NCBI GenBank assembly: GCA_041395785.1
Contig: JAWKZZ010000003.1
Span: forward strand, 526,978-590,977
Direction: 5' to 3'
DNA: 64,000 nt
From: Pseudomonadales bacterium
GTDB lineage: Bacteria > Pseudomonadota > Gammaproteobacteria > Pseudomonadales > UBA7239
How positions within the stretch are numbered: the stretch's first letter is position 1; the number at the start of each line of letters is the position of its first letter. This document shows positions 32,746-41,651 of this stretch, in pieces. Below the pieces are notes generated by a model, which saw only the letters and a program-made list of their open reading frames with translations, made no database searches and was not told the DNA's origin. The position numbers were made by a program, and so were the translations under genes.

Positions 32746-33738
32746 ATGCTGATCAAAAAAATAGTGAGAGGTTCAGCGGTTTCGTTGCTGGCGTTGTCTG
32801 CGAGTGGTTGTGGATTGTTTTTTGGTGATGATGGCGTATTTCGTGATCGCGGCGATGATTACTTAAAAGCTCGCAGTGTGGAGCCGATCAAAATTCCGTC
32901 AGACAGCAAAGGCGAGCGCATAGGCCAGTTGTTCGTAATTCCTGATGCGGGCAATGTGAGCGGACATTCAGCTGCTGAGTTTCGTGTGCCGAAACCGGCC
33001 AGCCCTGAAACGCTGACTCAGAGAGCTGATCAGATAAAAATTCAGAAATTGGGCGAGCAGCGTTGGATTAGCGCCAGCAGACCGCCGGAAGAAGTGTGGC
33101 CGGGTGTGCGTGATTTTTTGTCAGCTAAAGGCATTGCCGTATTGGATCAAAACCCCAGTGCAGGCGTGTTGGAGGCGGCCAGTGCGGAGGATCACTACCG
33201 TATTCAGCTGAAAAACGGCTTGAGCCTGCGCTCGACAGAAATACAAGTTGTGCAGATGCCGGCGCAGGCATCTGCTGTGCGGTATCGCCAAGAATGGCCT
33301 GAGCGTTCCGCAAATGTGGATCGGGAAGCGTGGATGATTAAAGAGCTGGCGACTTATCTTGCCAGTAATGTTGGTTCGCAGGCATCCATGTTGGCGCAAG
33401 GTATAGGCAATAGAGCGGCGCGCGTTAGTTTGGTGCAAGCGCCGGAACCTGCGCTGTTGATGCAGGTTGATTATGCGCGTGCCTGGGCTTCGGTGAGTGG
33501 TTCCTTGAATAGTGATGGTTATCGTGTGGATAGCGCTAATCGCGAGCAGGGACAGTGGTTGATTTCTGTTTCACCTGCTGTGGATGACGATGAAAAAGAA
33601 ACAGCGAATTATCGTGTGCAGTTACAGCGCTTGAGCGATGAAAAAATGCAAGTAACCGTACGCAACAGTGATGGAGAAGTTTTGCCAGAAGACGATAGCG
33701 ATGCGCTGTTGCGCCATATTTGGGATAACTTGCTCTGA
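32746..33738 (+). CDS. bamC: Outer membrane protein assembly factor BamC (NlpB) lipoprotein
   Basis: ORF 32710..33738, start chosen at MLIKKIVRGSAVSLLALSASGCG (lipobox). It sits immediately after dapA, as in E. coli and Pseudomonas. Confidence 0.75.
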   Translation: MLIKKIVRGSAVSLLALSASGCGLFFGDDGVFRDRGDDYLKARSVEPIKIPSDSKGERIGQLFVIPDAGNVSGHSAAEFRVPKPASPETLTQRADQIKIQKLGEQRWISASRPPEEVWPGVRDFLSAKGIAVLDQNPSAGVLEAASAEDHYRIQLKNGLSLRSTEIQVVQMPAQASAVRYRQEWPERSANVDREAWMIKELATYLASNVGSQASMLAQGIGNRAARVSLVQAPEPALLMQVDYARAWASVSGSLNSDGYRVDSANREQGQWLISVSPAVDDDEKETANYRVQLQRLSDEKMQVTVRNSDGEVLPEDDSDALLRHIWDNLL

Positions 33739-34541
33739 TGCGTTTTGCGTCCATCGGTAGTGGTAGTCGCGGCAATGGCACTCTGGTGCAGGCTGGCGAT
33801 AATTTATTACTGGTAGATTGTGGATTCGCATTAAAAGAAACGATTGTACGGTTAGCAAAATTAGGTATTGAGCCACAGCAACTGAGTGCTGTATTAGTCA
33901 CACACGAACACGGTGATCATTGCAGCGGTGTGCGTGTGTTGGCGAATCGCTATCAATTGCCGGTATATATGACAGCAGGCACTGCGCGATCAAAAGCGCT
34001 GGCTGATGTAGCGCACGCCGTTATTATTGATAGTCATGCTCCATTTGCGGTGGGTGAGATTGCAGTGCAGCCAGTGGCTGTGCCGCATGATGCGGCGGAG
34101 CCGGTGCAGTTTGTGTTTTCTTGGCAGAACCGTTGTTTGGGTTTGCTGACCGATATCGGCGCTATTACGCCGTTTGTCAAACAGCATTACAGCGCGTGTG
34201 ACGCACTGCTGCTTGAAAGCAATCATTGCCTCGATATGTTGGCGCGCAGTGATTACCCGCCTTCTTTGAAGCTGCGTGTGAGTGGGCGTTTTGGACACTT
34301 GAGCAATGCGCAAGCAGCGAGTTTGTTGGAAGAAGTGGATAGCGAGCGTTTGCAGCATTTGGTGATTGCGCATCTCAGTGAAAAAAATAATTCATTGGAG
34401 CGCGTACAGCAAAGTATGGAAAAAGTTTTACAGGGTGTGCGCAGTGTCCTGTTTGCTTGTCAGGAGAATGGATTTGATTGGCTTGCTATTGGTCAATCAA
34501 CAAATAATGTAATCAGTAATATTTCGAGAGATGTCGCATGA
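33738..34541 (+). CDS. MBL-fold metallo-hydrolase
   Basis: LVDCGF...[10 protein letters not shown] (HxHxDH motif). It lies between bamC and purC, as in pseudomonads. Confidence 0.8.
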   Translation: MRFASIGSGSRGNGTLVQAGDNLLLVDCGFALKETIVRLAKLGIEPQQLSAVLVTHEHGDHCSGVRVLANRYQLPVYMTAGTARSKALADVAHAVIIDSHAPFAVGEIAVQPVAVPHDAAEPVQFVFSWQNRCLGLLTDIGAITPFVKQHYSACDALLLESNHCLDMLARSDYPPSLKLRVSGRFGHLSNAQAASLLEEVDSERLQHLVIAHLSEKNNSLERVQQSMEKVLQGVRSVLFACQENGFDWLAIGQSTNNVISNISRDVA

Positions 34542-35254
34542 GCCTAGAAAAGCAAGCCGAGCTGTACCAAGGTAAAGCCAAAACCGTGTACGCCACCAAC
34601 GATCCTGATCGTTTGATTTTGTTGTTTCGCAACGACACTTCAGCGTTTGATGGAAAAAAATTGGCGCAGTTGGATCGCAAAGGCATGGTGAACAATAAGT
34701 TCAACGCATTCATCATGCAAAAACTGCAAGCGGCTGGCATTCCTACGCATTTTGAGAGCTTGCTGAATGATCAAGAATGCGTAGTGAAAAAGCTGACGAT
34801 GCTGCCGGTGGAGTGCGTGGTGCGCAACCGTGCGGCGGGCAGTATGTGTCGTCGTTTAGGTATTAAAGAAGGCGAAGAATTATCGCCACCTACTTTTGAG
34901 TTTTTTCTCAAAAATGATGCACTCGGTGATCCGATGATCAACGAGTCGCATATCGAAACTTTTGCTTGGGCAACGCGCGAACAGGTGGAGGCTATGAAGG
35001 CCATGACTTTTCGCGTCAATCAAATCCTGAAGGATATTTTCCTGGCGGGTAATATGGTGTTGGTGGACAGCAAGCTGGAGTTCGGTTTGTTCAATGGCGA
35101 GTTGACCTTGGGCGATGAGTTCAGTCCAGATGGTTGTCGTTTGTGGGATAAAACCACTGGTGAAAAGATGGATAAAGATCGCTTCCGTCAGGATTTAGGC
35201 AATGTTATTGAGGCCTATGAGCAGGTGGCGCAACGCATTGGCGTGCCGTTGTAA
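34538..35254 (+). CDS. purC: Phosphoribosylaminoimidazole-succinocarboxamide (SAICAR) synthase
   Basis: [16 protein letters not shown]...RNDTSAFDG...VVRNRAAGS...LVDSKLEFG, colinear with E. coli PurC. Confidence 0.95.
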   Translation: MSLEKQAELYQGKAKTVYATNDPDRLILLFRNDTSAFDGKKLAQLDRKGMVNNKFNAFIMQKLQAAGIPTHFESLLNDQECVVKKLTMLPVECVVRNRAAGSMCRRLGIKEGEELSPPTFEFFLKNDALGDPMINESHIETFAWATREQVEAMKAMTFRVNQILKDIFLAGNMVLVDSKLEFGLFNGELTLGDEFSPDGCRLWDKTTGEKMDKDRFRQDLGNVIEAYEQVAQRIGVPL

Positions 35255-35347
35255 TAGATAAATTGTTAACAGCTTGGCAAAATGGTAAAAAACTCACAGC
35301 AGGAAGGGCTGCCCTGACTATAATCGGGCGGCCGGTGAGCAACACGA

Positions 35348-36292
35348 ATGTGGCGCACTCAAATGGATCAGAGAATGCAGCAGTCAGAACCAAAGGCAAA
35401 ACAGCCCGCTAGCTACGATATCAGTCACACCGTTTGTATCGATAATCCGGTCGATGTTTGCGATGCTGTGCGCGCGGCGTTTGTTTCACATTTTTCTGTA
35501 GCTGAATTTTCCGTTATCGAAACAGCCTTTGTTGATGTGGCTCGTATGTACCGAGGCGATGCGCCGGACTATCACGCCTGCGACACCGATTATCACGATC
35601 TGCGCCATATTCTGGATGTAACCTTGGCGGTAACGCGCTTGCTAATTGGGTATGAGCGCGTGCACGCCGATACGCCTGATGTCTTGGGTGTTGAGCGCGT
35701 GCAGATGGGAATTATTGCGGCGCTGTATCACGACATCGGCTATTTGCGACATGTTAAAGATACGCGTCATAAGCATGGTGCGGAGTACACCAAAACACAT
35801 GTCACCCGAGGCGTGCATTTTTTAGCGCGTTATTTGCCCAGTATAGGAAAGGCTGGTTGGGTGCCTCGCATGCGGCAGTTGCTGCACTACACGGGTTATG
35901 AAAAAACCGTCCGCATGAAAGATGTTCGCGACCATATGCTCGGTTGTTTGTTGGGAACAGGTGATTTAATTGCACAGATGTCTGATCGCGCTTATTTAGA
36001 GCGTTGCCGCGACAGCCTCTACAACGAGTTTCGCATCGGCAATGTGCCAGCGCCAAAAAGCACTGATGGCCAGCCGTTTGAGTCACCGGCAGATTTGCTG
36101 AATCAAACACCAGAATTCATGCGGATAACGGTAGACAGCCGTTTGAACAAATTGTTCGGCTCGGTCTATCGCTACGCGGAACAATTTTTTGATGGCAAGA
36201 ATTTGTACATGCTGGGCCTGGAAAAGAACTGCACTTATCTACAAAAACTATTAGAAGAAAAACGCTTGTACCGATTGCAGCGCCGCGTTTAG
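35348..36292 (+). CDS. HD-domain-containing hypothetical protein
   Basis: HDLRHILDV...ALYHDIGYL (H...HD pattern). There is no other recognisable domain. The start is uncertain (35348 or Met at 35363). Confidence 0.6.
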   Translation: MWRTQMDQRMQQSEPKAKQPASYDISHTVCIDNPVDVCDAVRAAFVSHFSVAEFSVIETAFVDVARMYRGDAPDYHACDTDYHDLRHILDVTLAVTRLLIGYERVHADTPDVLGVERVQMGIIAALYHDIGYLRHVKDTRHKHGAEYTKTHVTRGVHFLARYLPSIGKAGWVPRMRQLLHYTGYEKTVRMKDVRDHMLGCLLGTGDLIAQMSDRAYLERCRDSLYNEFRIGNVPAPKSTDGQPFESPADLLNQTPEFMRITVDSRLNKLFGSVYRYAEQFFDGKNLYMLGLEKNCTYLQKLLEEKRLYRLQRRV

Positions 36293-36344
36293 CCGCGCAT
36301 ACTTTTGCTTCTAAACGGTTTACTCGCCCGAGTAGGAGGCAAAA

Positions 36345-37112
36345 ATGTTGCGTAAATTTATCCCTGTATTGCTGCTCGCTAGTTTGGTGGGTTGCCAAAC
36401 AACAGATCCTTACACCGGAGAAAGTAGAACGAGCCACACGGCTAAAGACGCGGGTATAGGCGCGTTGGCCGGCGCGGTACTCGGTGCGGCTGTGAGTCAT
36501 AACAATCGCGGCAAAGGCGCAATGATTGGTGCGGCAGTGGGTGGCGTGGCAGGTGGTGGCTACGGCTACTATCAAGACAAACAGGAGGAAAAATTGCGTC
36601 AGCAGTTAGCGGGTACCGGTGTTGATGTGCAGCGCAACGGTGACAATATCAAACTGATCATGCCTGGCAATGTCACTTTCCGTACGGGCAGCGCCGATAT
36701 TCAGCCTGATTTTTATCAAACATTGAATGCAGTAAGTGGTTCATTGCGTGAATTTCCCGACAGTAATGTGCGCATCAGCGGTTACACCGATTTCACCGGT
36801 GATGCTATGCGCAATCAAATACTGAGCGAGCAGCGTGCCAGTAGCGTGGCGCGTTATTTGGAATCACAGGGTGTTTCTTCTTCGCGTTTCCAAGTTAGTG
36901 GTTTTGGTGCGCGTTACCCTATCGACAGTAACGCCACAGAATCGGGTCGCCAAGCTAATCGTCGCGTAGAGTTGGATGTTATTCCGTTGAATCGTCAGCA
37001 AGGACAGGGCGGGCAGCAGAATTACAACAATGGAGGCAACAACGGTTATAACAACAATGGTTATAACAACGGTGGTTATAACAATAACGGATACAACAAT
37101 AGACCGTACTAA
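36345..37112 (+). CDS. OmpA-family lipoprotein with glycine-zipper N-domain and N/G/Y-rich tail
   Basis: Lipobox LLASLVGCQ, a glycine zipper GIGALAGAVLGAAV...GAAVGGVAGGG, an OmpA-like peptidoglycan-binding core (ISGYTDFTGDAMRNQILSEQRASSVARYL...NRRVEL), and the tail NYNNGGNNGYNNNGYNNGGYNNNGYNNRPY. Confidence 0.85.
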   Translation: MLRKFIPVLLLASLVGCQTTDPYTGESRTSHTAKDAGIGALAGAVLGAAVSHNNRGKGAMIGAAVGGVAGGGYGYYQDKQEEKLRQQLAGTGVDVQRNGDNIKLIMPGNVTFRTGSADIQPDFYQTLNAVSGSLREFPDSNVRISGYTDFTGDAMRNQILSEQRASSVARYLESQGVSSSRFQVSGFGARYPIDSNATESGRQANRRVELDVIPLNRQQGQGGQQNYNNGGNNGYNNNGYNNGGYNNNGYNNRPY

Positions 37113-37159
37113 GCCGATAGGCGGAATGCAGTTAGCTTTGCGATGAGTAGGTGAGAAAT

Positions 37160-40072
37160 TTAGATCGCCAGCTCATCGAGCTGACTTATCCAAGACAGCA
37201 CATTATTTTGCGCATATTGCTGCAGGAAGTTGCTGTTCAAAATAAAGGCTAATTCGCCATTGCTGCGTACCGTGGCGCCACTAATGGAAGGTGCGTTGCG
37301 CAAATCGCGATGCAACTCGCGTACAAAAACATTCTCCCTTCCTAAAACATTGCTTACACAAATACCTATTTTATTTTTCTTTTGACCGATGATGAGGATG
37401 GAGGCAGCTGTCTGTTCATCAATGGGTTGAAAGCGCAGCGCGTGATTATCTGAGCTGATACGCAGGCCGCGTTCCATGACGAGGTCATCAAGATAAAAAA
37501 GAGGAATGACCGTGTCGCGCAAGAGTAGAGCTGATTGCCCCATCATGCTTTGGATAATGCAATCGGTGGAGGACAGAATTTCCATCACTCGCGCCTGTGC
37601 AACGGCGTAGGTGTTGTCGTGATTTTGTATGACGACAACATCTTGTAATGCGGCGGAGAGTGGTAGCGTCATGGTGAAGTGCGTGCCAGCCCCCTGTGTT
37701 GTCTGCACATCAATGTTGCCGCCGATATGCTGGATGCGCGTAATCACGACATCCATGCCGACACCGCGCCCTGATGTCTCGGTAATAGTTTCCGCAGTAG
37801 AAAAACCGGGCAGAAAAATTAATTGACAGATTTCTTGATCGGTTAAAGTGTCATGGGGTTGGATAAATCCTTTGCGAATACCGCTCTCGCGAATTCTTGC
37901 CAAGTTCATGCCGCGACCGTCATCGGCAATTTCTAGTAGCAGTGTGCTGCCCTCTTGTGAGGCGGACAGTACGAGCGAGGCGGTGTCGTTTTTCCCAGAG
38001 GCGTAGCGTTCGCCGGGCAGTTCAATGCCGTGGTCGATGCAGTTCCGCACCAGGTGAATGAGCGGCTCCATCAAAATATCCACCATGCCTTTATCGACGC
38101 GAACATCGGCGCCTTCAATGGACAAATTGATTTTCTTCTCTTGTGCTTCAGCCATTTTTTGCACGAGTTGAGGTATGCGATTAAAAACAGCAGCAATGGG
38201 CACAACGCGTAAATCTAAGATTCTGTTCTGCATGGCATCAAGAGAAGCGCGCAATTTTTCATGGCTCTCGACTATCCTATTTTGTGCCTGTTGTAGTGTA
38301 TTGAGTGTGGTGCGTATGACATCTGCGTCGCTGGCTGTAAGTGTTTCATTCTTGTAATTGGCTAGCCACTTTTTTCCTGTGGTGATAGAGTTTTCGATGG
38401 ATGGATTATTTATCTCATGAGATAAAGCGTTATGTGCCATCAGCAACTCGCCAGTTTGTGTCATCAGATTCTCGAGTGTTTCGCTCTCAATGCGCAGCGT
38501 GGCACTGGATGATGGCGTTTGTTTGATATCGGTATCGGCGCTGAGTTTTTTCTCTAGTGCTTGATCTGCTTTGCTACTTTTTTGTAGGCGAATGTCTCTG
38601 ATGGATGAAAAATTCTTTGCGTGAGCAACTTCACTGATAGTAGAGGATAGTGTTGCTATGTCTATTTCTGATGTAAAAATGAAGACAAATTGATTGTTTT
38701 CCTCAATGTTTTCTTCATTGTTATTAAATACAGAGTAGCTGTGGATAATGCTGCTTGTTGTTGCAATGACGGCAAGAATGGCTTCCAGTATTTCAGTGGT
38801 ACAGCTAGCGGCTATACTGATTTCTGCAATGATTTTCCCAGTGTTGAGTGCGCTATCTAGCTCTGTGATGGCCTTACTAGATAGGTTTCTAATAATTACT
38901 GGCGTGAGCGTGAGGCTTTCGGCAAGATTTTGTTTAGTGCTGGCGCTGATATTACCCAACATGGCCTGAGCAATACTGTCATCTAACTCGGCGATTCTAT
39001 TTTTTAATGTTTGAGCGGCGGCTGAGGATTCGCCAGCCTGCATTTCCGTGGTGAAGGAGATGTCGGCAGCGCGTCTTATGGCATAAAAGGCCGTGCGTTT
39101 GTCGGGAATTTCATTGCGTTTGATGTGGCGCAGGATTTGTAAGATGTAGCGAAACAGGGTTGCTAGCTGCAAGTGTCCAAACAATTCTGCATTGATGGTG
39201 AGATGTTTCAGCAGCGATTCACCGGCCTCCAGCGAGTCTGCTGCTTCAGGGTTTTCTTCGATCAGGTCCAGCAGATAGTCCAATCGGCCAGACAACTGCG
39301 TGAAGTTGACAAACATGGCATCAAAGTAGGCAGTGTGCAGAATTGCTGTGCCGCAATTAACGCCGTAGTGATTTTCAAAGAGTGCAATACGATTCAAAAT
39401 TTCAGCGGCAAGATTGGCTGCCAGCCCCTGATCCAGTGGATTGGTTGCTTTGATGTATTTGCGCAGCAGCGATGCAATAGCCGTAAAGCCAAGTAGATTG
39501 CTAATGCTTACCAATTTGTTGAGCGAGCGTTTGATTTTTGCCGGGTCTTGATTGGGTGTGAGGCCGGCAACCAATTCTTCGGAACAGGCAGTGGCAAATT
39601 CATGCAGTTCGTCATTGCTCAGCTGTACTTCTGTGAAAAATCCAGCTTGTGATGACTCTGCGTCATTATTCTGCTCCTCGGGTTCTGCAATGGTAGAGAA
39701 GCCTTGCGAGAGTTGATGTAAACGCGCGACTAAATTTGGATTTTCTAATGGCGCGTTGCCGGTATTTCGCATTTGTTGCAGTTGCGATTTTAACCAGTCG
39801 ATGCCTTCCAATAAGGTGTTAATCGTTGCGATGTCTAATGCTGTTCGCCCTTTGCGCACTAGGTCTAGATAGTCTTCGCTGGCATGGGCGATCTTTTCCA
39901 TGCTGTAAAAGTCCATCATCGCGCAGCTGCTTTTTATGGTGTGAAAATCGCGAAACAGTTGATGGATGTCTGCATGCTCTGCCGCGTTATTGGCGGCGAG
40001 TATCTGCTCAAGGTTATCGAGTTGCTCCGATACCTCGGTAAAAAAGGCTTGCCAGAGGTCGTTATTTTTCAT
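37160..40072 (-). CDS. CheA-type histidine kinase, long form (N-terminal Hpt plus extra Hpt-like modules, HATPase, CheW domain)
   Basis: 970 aa. Hpt reads FRDFHTIKSSCAMMDF. All kinase boxes are canonical: HLVRNCIDHGIE (N), DDGRGM (G1), FLPGFST (F), SGRGVGMDVV (G2), GAGTHFTMTLPL. The C-terminus is a CheW-like domain. Confidence 0.88.
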   Translation of the reverse strand: MKNNDLWQAFFTEVSEQLDNLEQILAANNAAEHADIHQLFRDFHTIKSSCAMMDFYSMEKIAHASEDYLDLVRKGRTALDIATINTLLEGIDWLKSQLQQMRNTGNAPLENPNLVARLHQLSQGFSTIAEPEEQNNDAESSQAGFFTEVQLSNDELHEFATACSEELVAGLTPNQDPAKIKRSLNKLVSISNLLGFTAIASLLRKYIKATNPLDQGLAANLAAEILNRIALFENHYGVNCGTAILHTAYFDAMFVNFTQLSGRLDYLLDLIEENPEAADSLEAGESLLKHLTINAELFGHLQLATLFRYILQILRHIKRNEIPDKRTAFYAIRRAADISFTTEMQAGESSAAAQTLKNRIAELDDSIAQAMLGNISASTKQNLAESLTLTPVIIRNLSSKAITELDSALNTGKIIAEISIAASCTTEILEAILAVIATTSSIIHSYSVFNNNEENIEENNQFVFIFTSEIDIATLSSTISEVAHAKNFSSIRDIRLQKSSKADQALEKKLSADTDIKQTPSSSATLRIESETLENLMTQTGELLMAHNALSHEINNPSIENSITTGKKWLANYKNETLTASDADVIRTTLNTLQQAQNRIVESHEKLRASLDAMQNRILDLRVVPIAAVFNRIPQLVQKMAEAQEKKINLSIEGADVRVDKGMVDILMEPLIHLVRNCIDHGIELPGERYASGKNDTASLVLSASQEGSTLLLEIADDGRGMNLARIRESGIRKGFIQPHDTLTDQEICQLIFLPGFSTAETITETSGRGVGMDVVITRIQHIGGNIDVQTTQGAGTHFTMTLPLSAALQDVVVIQNHDNTYAVAQARVMEILSSTDCIIQSMMGQSALLLRDTVIPLFYLDDLVMERGLRISSDNHALRFQPIDEQTAASILIIGQKKNKIGICVSNVLGRENVFVRELHRDLRNAPSISGATVRSNGELAFILNSNFLQQYAQNNVLSWISQLDELAI

Positions 40073-40099
40073 GGCGAATATTTACTTGGCATGGTGGTA

Positions 40100-41152
40100 T
40101 CAGTCCTTGCTGTTCTGCAAACACTGTTTGATGAGATCAGGCATCGCGGTGTACGGCACTTGCCACTCCACGGCGCCAATGTCCATTGCCACGCGCGGCA
40201 TGCCGTAAACCGCACAAGTGGCTTGGTCTTGTCCGATAGTAGGCGCGCCCGCTTTGCGCATTTCCAGTAGCCCTGCAGCGCCGTCTTCGCCCATGCCGGT
40301 CAGAATAATACCGATGGCTTTGGCGCCAAGCTGCGCGGCCACTGAGCGAAACAATACATCGACAGAGGGGCGGTGACGATTGACCGGCGGATCCTCCGTG
40401 ATGCGAACATGAAGCGCGTTATTTTGTTTGATGAGCTGCATGTGCATGCCGCCGGGCGCAATGAGCGCCGTACCTTTTGCAATACGGTCACCGTCAACGG
40501 CCTCGCGCACCTCGATGTCGCAAATGCCATTGAGGCGCTTGGCAAAAAGTGCGGTGAAGTGCTTGGGCATGTGTTGCGCGATAAGAACACACGGCGATTC
40601 TTTGTTCATCTGTCGCAATAAATGCTCTACCACCGTGGTGCCGCCTGTGGAACTGCCGATAGCAATGACAGCGGGTGTGCGGCGAATTAACGGAGCTGCG
40701 GCGATAGGCTGTGGCGTGGCGATTTTTCTGTGTGCATCGGGTGCTTGGCGCGTGGTTGCACATGCAGCCGCTTTTATCGCTTGCGTAATGGTGTTGGTAA
40801 TTTCTTCTAAATAGGACTCAACGCCGATATTCGGTTTGGAAATAATATCAACAGCACCCAAAGCCAACGCGTCTAGCGATGCTTTTGCGCCAGGTCCGAC
40901 ATGCGAAGAGCAGACAACAAAAGGTGTGGGATGGTGTTCGCGAATATATTTTAGAAATTCCAAACCGTGCATGCCTGGCATTTCCAAATCGGAAATGATG
41001 ACATCCGGCCACTGTTTGCTCATTTTTTTGAGGGCGATATCCGCCGTAGCGGCAACGCCAATGACGCAGATATCTGGGTCTTTTTCTAGCAGGAGTTTCA
41101 GCACTGCACGCACAGTGGCTGAGTCATCAACTAGAAATACATTAATGGGCAT
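40100..41152 (-). CDS. cheB: Protein-glutamate methylesterase CheB (REC + methylesterase)
   Basis: The REC domain reads VFLVDDS...ISDLEMPGM...SKP. The catalytic Ser/His/Asp contexts are GSSTGG, AQHMP and GMGEDG. Confidence 0.92.
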   Translation of the reverse strand: MPINVFLVDDSATVRAVLKLLLEKDPDICVIGVAATADIALKKMSKQWPDVIISDLEMPGMHGLEFLKYIREHHPTPFVVCSSHVGPGAKASLDALALGAVDIISKPNIGVESYLEEITNTITQAIKAAACATTRQAPDAHRKIATPQPIAAAPLIRRTPAVIAIGSSTGGTTVVEHLLRQMNKESPCVLIAQHMPKHFTALFAKRLNGICDIEVREAVDGDRIAKGTALIAPGGMHMQLIKQNNALHVRITEDPPVNRHRPSVDVLFRSVAAQLGAKAIGIILTGMGEDGAAGLLEMRKAGAPTIGQDQATCAVYGMPRVAMDIGAVEWQVPYTAMPDLIKQCLQNSKD

Positions 41153-41651
41153 GGAGAGGAGCGCCGTTGTTGTTGGTTAAAAATTGGTTTGCTGTTTTGA
41201 TAGTGTTAGGCAGCCATTGCAGTGGATCTTTTAGGCACATCATCAAACAGTCGTGTTGGTCTTTTGCGTACAGGCGATCAAAAAAAACATCAATATCCTT
41301 GTTGATGCCACTGGTTTGATACCACTCGTGAGCTTGTGGCTCTACAAAACCGACTACATCATCGACAGCAATGATAGCAATTGGTTGAAATGTGGCATTG
41401 CTGCGCAATACAAGTGCGCTAAGTGGTGGCAGTAGTTTTTCGTGCGGTAGTTGTAGTGTTAGTCGAAAATCGAGATACGGTAATACGGTGTCATTCCAAG
41501 TGGTGGTTTTGCCGTGATGTGCCAGTGAATCACCTGAGGGAGAGCAGAGTGCGCTGTCAAAGTCCAAAATTTTTGCCATATTGCCGATAGGCAGCAGCAG
41601 TGCAAAAGGGCCACAGTGAAATTGCAGAAATTGTTTATCACTATGCAGCAT
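41142..41651 (-). CDS. Divergent CheW-like coupling protein
   Basis: ORF 41142..41666, with the Met at 41651 overlapping the upstream cheA stop. FLQFHCGPFALLLPIGNMAKIL...IIAVDDVVGF resembles a single CheW domain and sits between cheA and cheB. Confidence 0.6.
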   Translation of the reverse strand: MLHSDKQFLQFHCGPFALLLPIGNMAKILDFDSALCSPSGDSLAHHGKTTTWNDTVLPYLDFRLTLQLPHEKLLPPLSALVLRSNATFQPIAIIAVDDVVGFVEPQAHEWYQTSGINKDIDVFFDRLYAKDQHDCLMMCLKDPLQWLPNTIKTANQFLTNNNGAPLHAH

